Shown here: positions 1 to 7,974 of the stretch, one piece after another
Position numbering within the stretch: the first letter of the stretch is position 1
How the letters are laid out: every line of letters starts with the position of its first letter
Source: a bacterium
Lineage (GTDB): Bacteria; Patescibacteriota; Patescibacteriia; Patescibacteriales; UBA12465
Assembly (NCBI GenBank): GCA_035414245.1
Contig: DAONYH010000003.1
Location: 17,630 to 81,629 of the forward strand
Length of the DNA stretch: 64,000 nt
Direction: 5' to 3'
The notes under the pieces: generated by a model
Seen by the model: only the letters and a program-made list of their open reading frames with translations
What the model was told of the DNA's origin: nothing
The model's database searches: none
Program-made: the position numbers and the translations under genes

Positions 1-1374
1 AGGAACCACTCCGCATTTGGGACAATGAACTAAAGGAATCGGCTCTCCCCAATAACGTTGGCGAGAGAAAACCCAATCGCGCAAACGATAATTTACTTTT
101 TTAGCGCCCAGTTTATTTTTTTCTAACCAAGCAGTCATTTTTTGTCTTGCCTCCTCAGAGCTCAAGCCATCAAATTCACCTGATGATTGCAAAAAGCCAT
201 CTTCGGCAAAGGCGCTTTTACCATCATAACTATTGTTATTATCAGAAGCCGGAAAAATAACTGGTTTTATTCTTAACGCATATTTTTTGGCAAAATCATA
301 ATCTCGTTCATCATGGGCGGGAACCGCCATCACCGCACCGGTGCCATAAGAAACTAAAACATAATCGGCAATAAAAATCGGCACGGCTTCTTGATTAAAA
401 GGATTGATTGCTTGAATACCTTTTAACAAAACACCGGTTTTTTCGCGATGTAAACTGGTTCTTTCTGTTTCAGAAACATCTTGCAAAGAAGCAATGTATT
501 CTTCCACTTCTGACCAATTGCTAATTTGGGACTTTAATTTTTCCACTAAATTATGTTCCGGCGCTAAAACTACATAGGTACAACCAAAAATCGTATCAAC
601 TCTGGTGGTAAAAACGGTTATTTTTTCTTCTGAAGCAATTGTTTTTTCTTCATCATCAGTTTTATCAGTCGTGATTTTAAAAACTATTTCTGCACCTTCA
701 CTACGCCCTATCCAGTTTTTTTGCATTTCCTTAGTTGATTCTTCCCAAGCAGGTAATTTTTCTAAATCATTTAACAAACGATCCGCATAGGCCGTAATTT
801 TTAAAACCCATTGACGCATTGGCTTTTGTTCAATCTCGCTCCCACAACGTTCACAAAGTCCATCTTCTAAATCCTCATTAGCCAAACCGGTTTTACATGA
901 TGGACACCAATTAATTGGCTCATCTGATTCAAAAGCTAAACCATGTTTAAACATCTGTAAAAAAATCCACTGCGTCCATTTATAATAAGTTGGTTCAGTT
1001 GTATTCACTTCCCTTTCCCAATCATAACTAAAACCAAGAATTTCTAGTTGCTTTTTAAAACGCTTCACACTTTCCGCCACGGAAATTTTGGGATTAACTT
1101 TATTTTTTAGAGCATAGTTTTCAGCTGGTAAACCAAAAGCGTCAAAACCCATGGGATGTAAAACATTATAACCTTGCATTAGTTTATGACGAGCAAAGAT
1201 ATCAGTCGCAATATAGCCCTTGGGATGGCCAACGTGTAAACCAACTCCTGAGGGATAAGGAAACATGTCTAAAATATAGTACTTGGGTTTATTTTTATCC
1301 TCTTTAGTGCGATACAGGGCGGTTTTTTCCCAAATTTTTTGCCATTTTTTTTCAATTGTTTGATGCTTATACAT
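1..1374 (-). CDS. leuS: Leucyl-tRNA synthetase, N-terminal part. The ORF leaves the window at coordinate 1, so the C-terminus is not in the window.
   Basis: Minus-strand ORF starting at ATG 1372-1374 (missed by the ORF track because it runs off the edge). Translation begins MYKHQTIEKKWQKIWEKTALYRTKEDKNKPKYYILDMFPYPSGVGLHVGHPKGY (class I HIGH motif), then a CPSC...CERCG zinc knuckle and an editing-domain-like region. It sits 4 nt downstream of xth on the same strand. Confidence 0.85.
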   Translation of the reverse strand, partial: MYKHQTIEKKWQKIWEKTALYRTKEDKNKPKYYILDMFPYPSGVGLHVGHPKGYIATDIFARHKLMQGYNVLHPMGFDAFGLPAENYALKNKVNPKISVAESVKRFKKQLEILGFSYDWEREVNTTEPTYYKWTQWIFLQMFKHGLAFESDEPINWCPSCKTGLANEDLEDGLCERCGSEIEQKPMRQWVLKITAYADRLLNDLEKLPAWEESTKEMQKNWIGRSEGAEIVFKITTDKTDDEEKTIASEEKITVFTTRVDTIFGCTYVVLAPEHNLVEKLKSQISNWSEVEEYIASLQDVSETERTSLHREKTGVLLKGIQAINPFNQEAVPIFIADYVLVSYGTGAVMAVPAHDERDYDFAKKYALRIKPVIFPASDNNNSYDGKSAFAEDGFLQSSGEFDGLSSEEARQKMTAWLEKNKLGAKKVNYRLRDWVFSRQRYWGEPIPLVHCPKCGVVP

Positions 1375-1378
1375 ATTG

Positions 1379-2149
1379 TTATAAATCTAGTTCTAAAAGC
1401 ACGGGAGCATGATCAGAACCCGTTACTTCCGTTAAAATATCAGCTTTTTTTAGGTATTTTTTAAGTTTATCGGATACACAAAAATAGTCAATCCGCCAAC
1501 CTACATTACGTTCTCGGGCATTAGAACGGAAACTCCACCAAGAATACTTAATTTTATTTCCATTTAAAGCGCGGAAAGTATCTATCAAACCGGATTTTAA
1601 ATATTTATCCATTGACGCTCTTTCTTCAGGGGTAAAACCAGGACTGCCCACATTTTCCTTAGGACGAGCCAAATCAATTTCTTGATGCGCTACATTAAAA
1701 TCACCGGTGATGATAACCGGTTTTTGCTTAACTAACTTTTTAATATATTTTAACAAAGCTTCGTTAAAATTCAGTTTATAGGTTAAACGACTGAGTTCAG
1801 CATTAGCATTAGGAAAATAAGCATTCAAGAGAAAAAAATGATGAGTATCAGCGGTTTGTACTCGTCCTTCATCGTCAAATATACTTTGACCAAAACCATT
1901 AGTCACTTTTTTCAAATACTTAAAACCTTCTTTAACTAAAATAGCTGTGCCACTATAACCGGGTCTTTTAGCGCTGTGCCAATACTCTAAATAACCGGGA
2001 AAATCCAAATCCGCTTCTAAACGGGCTGTCTCTGAAATCTTCACTTCTTGCAAACATAAAATATCCGGTTTTTCACTTTGCAAAAAATCTAAAAAACCTT
2101 TTTTCCTGATGGCTCTTATTCCATTAACATTCCAAGAAATCAATTTCAT
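1379..2149 (-). CDS. xth: Exodeoxyribonuclease III / AP endonuclease (ExoIII-APE1 family)
   Basis: 256 aa. MKLISWNVNGIRA...LCLQEVK...ITGDFNVAH...WRIDYFCVS...GSDHAPV are the typical EEP-fold ExoIII motifs. Confidence 0.85.
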   Translation of the reverse strand: MKLISWNVNGIRAIRKKGFLDFLQSEKPDILCLQEVKISETARLEADLDFPGYLEYWHSAKRPGYSGTAILVKEGFKYLKKVTNGFGQSIFDDEGRVQTADTHHFFLLNAYFPNANAELSRLTYKLNFNEALLKYIKKLVKQKPVIITGDFNVAHQEIDLARPKENVGSPGFTPEERASMDKYLKSGLIDTFRALNGNKIKYSWWSFRSNARERNVGWRIDYFCVSDKLKKYLKKADILTEVTGSDHAPVLLELDL

Positions 2150-2212
2150 ATAATCTAATCTGTGCTATAATATAAGCATACTGGAAAGCAGATATTTTTT
2201 CAATTTATATTT

Positions 2213-2971
2213 ATGAGTTTAGAAGAAAGAATAAAGTATGCCGAGATGAAATCTCGACATCGAAAAAAACTCACTCCTTGGTATAAAAAATGGTGGGGAA
2301 AAATAATGATTACAGTTTTCTTTTTGACGGCGATTTTCTTAGTGGCTGCCAGTATTTATGTTTTTATTGAAGCTAATAGAATTAACGAAGGAAAATCAAC
2401 TCGCTTTTTAGAAGAACAAAGAGAAAAATATTTGGCCGCTATAAATCGCAATAGCGCCAACACTTACGGACCAACAAATGCTAAAGTAACAATTGTTATT
2501 TTCTCTGATTTTGCCTGCCCTTTTTGCCGTGATTCACATGAAGGTTTAAAAAATATTCGGGAAAAATACGGTGATCAAGTAAAAATTGTTTATCGCGACT
2601 ATCCCTTGCATGATAATTCAATTTTTTTAGCTTTATCGGCTCGTTGCGCTGGCGAACAAGGAAAATTTTGGCAAATGCATGATTTATTTTTTGATAATTT
2701 TGATCAATTTAGCGATAAAAGTCAGAGTGAATTAGAAATAGTGATGCCGGAAATTGCTTCTCTTTTAGAAATAGACGCCACTCGATTTAGTTCTTGTATA
2801 AGAAACCAACGTCATTTTCCACAAATTAAACAAGACTATGAAGATGGCTCCTTCTTAGATATTGAAGGCACACCGACTTGGTTTATAAATAACAATCGTT
2901 TGATTGGTTCTATTACCAAAAAAAATCTTGAATCTTTAATTACTGATCTTCTTCATAATATAACAAAATAA
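2213..2971 (+). CDS. DsbA-like thiol:disulfide oxidoreductase with an N-terminal membrane anchor
   Basis: 252 aa. N-terminal TM helix (IMITVFFLTAIFLVAASIYVF), thioredoxin-fold CPFC active site (FSDFACPFCRDSHEGL) and a DsbA-like C-terminal region. Confidence 0.7.
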   Translation: MSLEERIKYAEMKSRHRKKLTPWYKKWWGKIMITVFFLTAIFLVAASIYVFIEANRINEGKSTRFLEEQREKYLAAINRNSANTYGPTNAKVTIVIFSDFACPFCRDSHEGLKNIREKYGDQVKIVYRDYPLHDNSIFLALSARCAGEQGKFWQMHDLFFDNFDQFSDKSQSELEIVMPEIASLLEIDATRFSSCIRNQRHFPQIKQDYEDGSFLDIEGTPTWFINNNRLIGSITKKNLESLITDLLHNITK

Positions 2972-3024
2972 ATTTATAACATAACGGAGTAAAGCGAAAT
3001 AAATTTGATATTTTATAATAATAT

Positions 3025-3570
3025 ATGAAACAAATAAGAATTCATGGACGAGGTGGACAAGGAGTGGTAACAGCCGCGGAAATTATTGCGATTGCCGCTT
3101 TTCATGAAGGTTATTATTCTCAAGCTTTCCCTCATTTTGGTGTGGAAAGAAGCGGTGCACCAATTAGATCTTATGCACGAATCGCTAAACAACCAATTTT
3201 AACCCGAGAACAAGTTGAGCGCCCTGATATTTTAATTATTCAAGATCATACTCTCTTGGACGAACCCGAAGTTTTAGCGGGTATTAACCAAGATACTTTG
3301 TTAATTATTAATGTCCCGAAAAACTTTTTCTTAGAAAAAAATTTACCCACTAAAAAAATATATTATACTCCGGCTACGGAAATTGCTTTAAAAATTATTG
3401 GCAAAAATATTGTTAATACTGTTATTTTAGGCGCCTTTGCCAAACACTCGGGATTAATTAGTCTTTCCTCTCTAAAAAAAGCAATTGCCGAAAAATTTAA
3501 AGAAAAAGGACAAACAATAATTGAAAAAAATATCCAAGCGATTACTACGGCTTATCAAACAAAACTATGA
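3025..3570 (+). CDS. porG: Pyruvate/2-oxoacid:ferredoxin oxidoreductase gamma subunit
   Basis: 181 aa. MKQIRIHGRGGQGVVTAAEIIAIAAFHEGYY is the typical PorG N-terminus. Its end overlaps the porD start by 4 nt. Confidence 0.8.
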   Translation: MKQIRIHGRGGQGVVTAAEIIAIAAFHEGYYSQAFPHFGVERSGAPIRSYARIAKQPILTREQVERPDILIIQDHTLLDEPEVLAGINQDTLLIINVPKNFFLEKNLPTKKIYYTPATEIALKIIGKNIVNTVILGAFAKHSGLISLSSLKKAIAEKFKEKGQTIIEKNIQAITTAYQTKL

Positions 3571-3836
3571 AAAAAAATATAAACAAAACCATTGCTCAGC
3601 CTCTCAGTTCTGTAAATAATAAAACCGGCGCTTGGCGAACTTATCGACCAGTCGCTGATTATCAAAAATGTGTTGGCTGTTCTCTATGCGCCAAACTTTG
3701 TCCTGAAGCATGTATTGAAATGATAAAAATAAACAATGAATTAAAACCACGCCCTGATTATGATTATTGCAAAGGCTGCGGTTTATGCGCTAAAGAATGT
3801 CCGGTTAAGGCAATTAAAATGGAAAAGGAATACTAA
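3567..3836 (+). CDS. porD: Pyruvate:ferredoxin oxidoreductase delta subunit (2x[4Fe-4S] ferredoxin)
   Basis: 89 aa with two CxxCxxCxxxCP motifs (CVGCSLCAKLCP and CKGCGLCAKECP). Confidence 0.8.
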   Translation: MKKNINKTIAQPLSSVNNKTGAWRTYRPVADYQKCVGCSLCAKLCPEACIEMIKINNELKPRPDYDYCKGCGLCAKECPVKAIKMEKEY

Positions 3837-3856
3837 AAGGAGCGTTAATTAAAAAT

Positions 3857-5026
3857 ATGAAAATGTCTAAAAATACTAACAACAAAAAAACTGGCCACCA
3901 AATTTTAGAAGGTTCCCGAGCCATCGCCTTAACAATTAAAAATATTGGTGTCCAAGTTGTTTCCGCTTATCCAATTACTCCTCAAACTCATATTGTTGAA
4001 GATCTGGCGCAATTTAAAGCTGATGGACAAGCTAATTATGAATATGCGCGCGCCGAAAGTGAATTTGCCGCAGCCTCAATTGTCTTAGGAGCAAGTGCCG
4101 CCGGTGTTAGAGCTTACAGTGCCACTAGTTCGCAAGGCTTACTACTAATGACTGAAGTTTTATACAACATTTCCGGTTTACGCTTGCCAGTAGTGATGAC
4201 ATGCGCTAATCGCTCCATTTCTTCACCAATTAATATTTGGAATGATCATGCCGATGTGATGGCTATTAGAGATAGTGGTTGGTTACAATTTTTTGCCGAA
4301 AATCATCAAGAAGCAGTTTATGCTCATTTATTAGCTTATAAAGTCGCCGAGCAAATTGGCTTGCCGGCCATAGTAAATGTTGATGGTTTTATTTTAACCC
4401 ATTCTTATGAACCGGTTTCTATTCCTGATAAAAAATTAATAAAAAAATACTTGCCGGACTATAAACCAGCCAAAGGCACTTTTCTTGACCCAAAAAATCC
4501 AGTTACTTTAGGAGCTCTTTTCGGGCCAGACTCTTATACCGGAGTTAGAAAAGATTTATACCAAGATTTTCAAACTAGCTTATCATTAATTAAAAAAGAA
4601 TACGCTTTACTTAAAAAAATATTTAAAATTAAAAATAACAGTGATGGTTTAATTGAATATACCGGACCAAAAAAACCAAAAACAATTTTAATCACCATGG
4701 GCTCATTAGCGGGCACGATTAAAACTGTCTTAACTCAATATCCGAATGTCGGTTTAATAAAAATCATGACTCTGCGCCCTTTTCCTGAACAAGAACTTAT
4801 TAAAGCAACGGCTTCTGGTTCCAATATTATAATTTTAGAAAAAGCGGTTAGCCCGGGCAGTGGTGGTCCTTTGACTTTAGAAATTAAAGCCGCTTTATCA
4901 GGTCAGAAAAAAAATATTAAAAATTATATTGTTGGTTTAGGGGGAAAAAATATTAGTGAAAAAGAAATAAGAGATATTATTGAAAAGGCGGAACAGAAAA
5001 ATAAAAATTTAATTTTTCAAAAATAA
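3857..5026 (+). CDS. porA: Pyruvate:ferredoxin oxidoreductase alpha subunit
   Basis: 389 aa. The N-terminal pyrimidine-binding domain (GSRAIALTIKNIGVQVVSAYPITPQT) and a transketolase-C-like C-terminus are typical of PorA. Confidence 0.8.
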   Translation: MKMSKNTNNKKTGHQILEGSRAIALTIKNIGVQVVSAYPITPQTHIVEDLAQFKADGQANYEYARAESEFAAASIVLGASAAGVRAYSATSSQGLLLMTEVLYNISGLRLPVVMTCANRSISSPINIWNDHADVMAIRDSGWLQFFAENHQEAVYAHLLAYKVAEQIGLPAIVNVDGFILTHSYEPVSIPDKKLIKKYLPDYKPAKGTFLDPKNPVTLGALFGPDSYTGVRKDLYQDFQTSLSLIKKEYALLKKIFKIKNNSDGLIEYTGPKKPKTILITMGSLAGTIKTVLTQYPNVGLIKIMTLRPFPEQELIKATASGSNIIILEKAVSPGSGGPLTLEIKAALSGQKKNIKNYIVGLGGKNISEKEIRDIIEKAEQKNKNLIFQK

Positions 5027-5039
5027 ATTAAAATAAAGT

Positions 5040-5576
5040 ATGCGTTTTTTAAACAGCAAAAAAAATAAATTCACTTTAATTATTAGTTTATTTATTTTTT
5101 TATTTTTTATTTTAAGTTTTAAAGTTGTTTATAGTGCTGATCTAATTAAATTTACTCCGCAAATACCTATTCCCGGGCCTAATTCTATTCCTGCTAATTC
5201 ACCGATTGGCTCAGAAGCAAACGGAAGTTTTAAAGTTGACTTATTAAGTAGGTACGTTAAATCTATATATGATTATTTAATTATCATTGCCGGTATTTTA
5301 GCGGCTGTGGTAATGATGGGCGGGGGCTTGCTTTGGCTCACTTCCGGTGGCAATGAAAGTCGAGTTACGCAAGCTAAAGATTTAATTTTCGGTAGTATAA
5401 TTGGCTTAGTCTTAGTATTTGCCTCTTACCTTATTTTAAATACGATTAATCCTGATTTATTAAACTTAAGTTCATTAGAAATGGAAACGGTTGCTCCAAA
5501 AAAAATTGAAGCTGGAGGAAGTGGTGGAAGCAGTGGAGGAGGTAGAAGCGGTGGAGGCGGCGGAGGAAGTTGGTAG
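5040..5576 (+). CDS. Pilin-like membrane protein (CPR TrbC/VirB2-like T4SS-pilin-type module) with a Gly/Ser-rich C-terminal tail
   Basis: 178 aa. N-terminal signal/TM (LIISLFIFLFFILSF), then the conserved module YDYLIIIAGILAAVVMMGGGLLWLTSGGNESRVTQAKDLIFGSIIGLVLVFASYLILNTINPDLLNL, and the tail GGSGGSSGGGRSGGGGGGSW. It is a paralog of the N-terminal half of the 6479-7435 product and lies between porA and porB with a 13-nt gap. Confidence 0.5.
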   Translation: MRFLNSKKNKFTLIISLFIFLFFILSFKVVYSADLIKFTPQIPIPGPNSIPANSPIGSEANGSFKVDLLSRYVKSIYDYLIIIAGILAAVVMMGGGLLWLTSGGNESRVTQAKDLIFGSIIGLVLVFASYLILNTINPDLLNLSSLEMETVAPKKIEAGGSGGSSGGGRSGGGGGGSW

Positions 5577-5609
5577 TATGTCAATAAAAATAAAATCCTA
5601 TAATATTTT

Positions 5610-6482
5610 ATGAATAAAAAAACTAATCAATTTCTTGCTCCCGGTCATAACGCTTGTTCTGGTTGTGGCCAATTATCAGCGGTTCAGGCAGTCATGCGCG
5701 CTTTAACTCCGGATACAATTATCGCTAATGCGACCGGTTGTTTAGAAGTAACAACCACTGCTTATCCGCAGAGTGCTTGGGGCTTACCTTGGATACATTC
5801 TTTATTTGAAAATGCAGCTGCGGTTGCTTCAGGAATTAGCGCCGCTTTAAAGCAAAAAAAGGATAAAAAAACCAAAATTTTAGTACAAGCAGGTGATGGC
5901 GGAACTTATGATATTGGCCTTGGTTTAATCAGCGGAATGTGGACTCGCGGTGAAAATATTTTATATGTTTGTTATGACACAGAATCATATTCCAATACCG
6001 GTATTCAAGCGTCCGGCTCTACTCCCTATGGTTCAGCTACCTCCACTACTCCCAGTGGTGACAAATCAATTGGCTCTCAACAAACAAAAAAAGATATGTT
6101 AGGAATTGCTTTGGCTCATGGTTTGAAATATGTAGCTCAAACTGTCTCTGGCTTCCCTGATGATATTACTAACAAAGTTAAAAAAGCACTGGCTATTTCT
6201 GGACCAACTTATATCCAAATTTTAAGTCCTTGTATTCCCGGTTGGAAAATTAATTATGATGAAGCTGCTCAGCTGGGTAAGTTAGCGGTTCAAACTGGTT
6301 TGTATCCGATTTTAGAATATATTGATGGCAATTTAGTTTCTTCCAGTATAAATAAAAATTTTAAACCAAAACCGGTTAGCGAATATTTAAAAAAACAAGG
6401 ACGATTTAAACATTTAAGCAAAAAGGAAATAGAGGCTATTCAAATGTTGGCTAATAAAAATATTGATAAATATCAATTATGA
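5610..6482 (+). CDS. porB: Pyruvate:ferredoxin oxidoreductase beta subunit (TPP-binding)
   Basis: 290 aa. CSGCG cysteine cluster and the TPP-binding region GDGGTYDIGL...CYDTESYSNTG. Confidence 0.8.
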   Translation: MNKKTNQFLAPGHNACSGCGQLSAVQAVMRALTPDTIIANATGCLEVTTTAYPQSAWGLPWIHSLFENAAAVASGISAALKQKKDKKTKILVQAGDGGTYDIGLGLISGMWTRGENILYVCYDTESYSNTGIQASGSTPYGSATSTTPSGDKSIGSQQTKKDMLGIALAHGLKYVAQTVSGFPDDITNKVKKALAISGPTYIQILSPCIPGWKINYDEAAQLGKLAVQTGLYPILEYIDGNLVSSSINKNFKPKPVSEYLKKQGRFKHLSKKEIEAIQMLANKNIDKYQL

Positions 6483-7435
6483 AAAAAATTAAATTCAATT
6501 TAAATTTATTAATATTTTCTATTCTTTTTTTAACTATTTTTTTAACGTCAATTCCTTTTGTTAATGCTGCTAAGCCAAAAATTATTATTCCTGAACCGCA
6601 AGTTAATTTAGGATTTAACTATTCTCCGCCTGATTGTACAACTAATGTTAAAGGGGAAACAGTTTGTAAAGTTAATTGGCTAGGAGAATACGTAAGTGGT
6701 GTCTATAATTTGGCGATTAAAATGGGCGGCTTAATTGCGGCCATTATGTTAATGGTCGGTGGTATTTTATGGCTTGTTTCAGGAGGGGATGTTAGCAAAG
6801 TTAGTCAAGCTAAAGATATTTTAGCAGGCAGTATAATTGGTCTTACCATTCTTCTATCATCTTATCTTTTATTAGCTCTTGTTAATCCTAATTTAGTTAA
6901 TTTTAACGAGTTAGATTTAAACGTGGCTCAAGATAAAAATTTTCCTGATACAGAGGCAACAGAAGGCGGAACTGCTTTACCGGAAGAATTTCGAGATGCT
7001 TGCGCGGCTGCTAAAGCTGGAGATTTGGGGCCATGCCAAGCACTTGGTAAATCAGCGCCAAGTAATTTAGCTAAGGCTCCGGGAGGTATTTTAGTTAATT
7101 CTGATACACTGGCTAAATTTAACCGAGCAATGGCTTGTGTAAGTAGAAAAAATAATGGCGAAGTTTTATTTTCTATTAACGAGGGTTTTCGTTCTGCCCT
7201 TGATCAAATAAAAGTTAAAGAAGAATGGATTGGAAAAGGGGCGCCACAAAACGCTGCCACTCCTTGTTGTTCAAATCACAGTTCTGGAGTAGCCATTGAT
7301 ATTAAAAGAAAAGACGGACAACTGATGAGCAAAAGCTACAATGATAGCACTGGATTAACTGCTTGTATGAATGAGGCCGGATTGTATTCTAATCTTGATA
7401 ACGAACCCTGGCACTGGTCGCCAACCGGAAGATAA
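6479..7435 (+). CDS. Pilin-like membrane protein fused to a Cys-rich C-terminal M15-type (LAS-family, VanY-like) zinc peptidase domain
   Basis: 318 aa. Signal/TM (LNLLIFSILFLTIFLTSIPFVNA). The pilin-like module VYNLAIKMGGLIAAIMLMVGGILWLVSGGDVSKVSQAKDILAGSIIGLTILLSSYLLLALVNPNLVNF is paralogous to that of 5040-5576. The C-terminal domain carries SNHSSGVAID (SxHxxGxAxD) and EPWHW (ExxH) motifs and about 9 Cys. Its ATG overlaps the porB stop (ATGA). Confidence 0.5.
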   Translation: MKKIKFNLNLLIFSILFLTIFLTSIPFVNAAKPKIIIPEPQVNLGFNYSPPDCTTNVKGETVCKVNWLGEYVSGVYNLAIKMGGLIAAIMLMVGGILWLVSGGDVSKVSQAKDILAGSIIGLTILLSSYLLLALVNPNLVNFNELDLNVAQDKNFPDTEATEGGTALPEEFRDACAAAKAGDLGPCQALGKSAPSNLAKAPGGILVNSDTLAKFNRAMACVSRKNNGEVLFSINEGFRSALDQIKVKEEWIGKGAPQNAATPCCSNHSSGVAIDIKRKDGQLMSKSYNDSTGLTACMNEAGLYSNLDNEPWHWSPTGR

Positions 7436-7450
7436 ATAAATTTTGTTTAT

Positions 7451-7486
7451 AAAAACCGACTGGTAATTAATGAGTCGGTTTTTTTA
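7451..7486. terminator. Bidirectional rho-independent terminator between convergent genes
   Basis: aaaaaCCGACTggtaattaatgAGTCGGttttttt: a perfect 6-bp GC-containing stem flanked by an A-run and a T-run. Confidence 0.6.
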
Positions 7487-7536
7487 TTCTTAAACTATAT
7501 TTTTTTATTTCTGAATACTAAAAATATTTCTGTCTT

Positions 7537-7947
7537 CTAAGCGCCTCTGTCCATAGCTTCGTTCGCTAATTGATCTGCAAGCTTATTTCTTTCACGTGGA
7601 ATATGGGTAAAGGTTATTTTTTTAAAACTTAAACTTAAATTATAAATATCTAAAAATAATGGCGCCAAATCTTTGTTTTTAACTTTATATTCTCGATTCA
7701 ACTGACAAACTACCAGTTCACTATCCAAATAACAATTTACTTCTTCAGCCCCAAGCTCTATGGCTTTTTTTAGAGCCAAAATTAAAGCCTGATACTCGGC
7801 TTGATTATTAGTTGCCACTCCTAAATACTTAGATATTTTAGCGAGCACTTCTTGATTTTCATTATATAAAACTGCGCCTACCCCGGCCGGTCCAGGATTA
7901 CCACGCGCCCCGCCATCAGTATAAATAATAATTTTTTTATTTTTCAT
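7537..7947 (-). CDS. rnhA: Ribonuclease HI
   Basis: 136 aa. IYTDGGARGNPGPAGVGAVL...NNQAEYQALILAL...TFTHIPRERNKLADQLA are the canonical RNase H catalytic motifs. Confidence 0.85.
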   Translation of the reverse strand: MKNKKIIIYTDGGARGNPGPAGVGAVLYNENQEVLAKISKYLGVATNNQAEYQALILALKKAIELGAEEVNCYLDSELVVCQLNREYKVKNKDLAPLFLDIYNLSLSFKKITFTHIPRERNKLADQLANEAMDRGA

Positions 7948-7974
7948 ATCGCTTGCCGACTATTTATTAAACGG

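Noticed and set aside
605-790. 61-aa plus-strand ORF
   Set aside because: It lies entirely antisense within the leuS coding region and is a low-complexity S/V/F-rich translation. This is a typical shadow ORF in AT-rich DNA.
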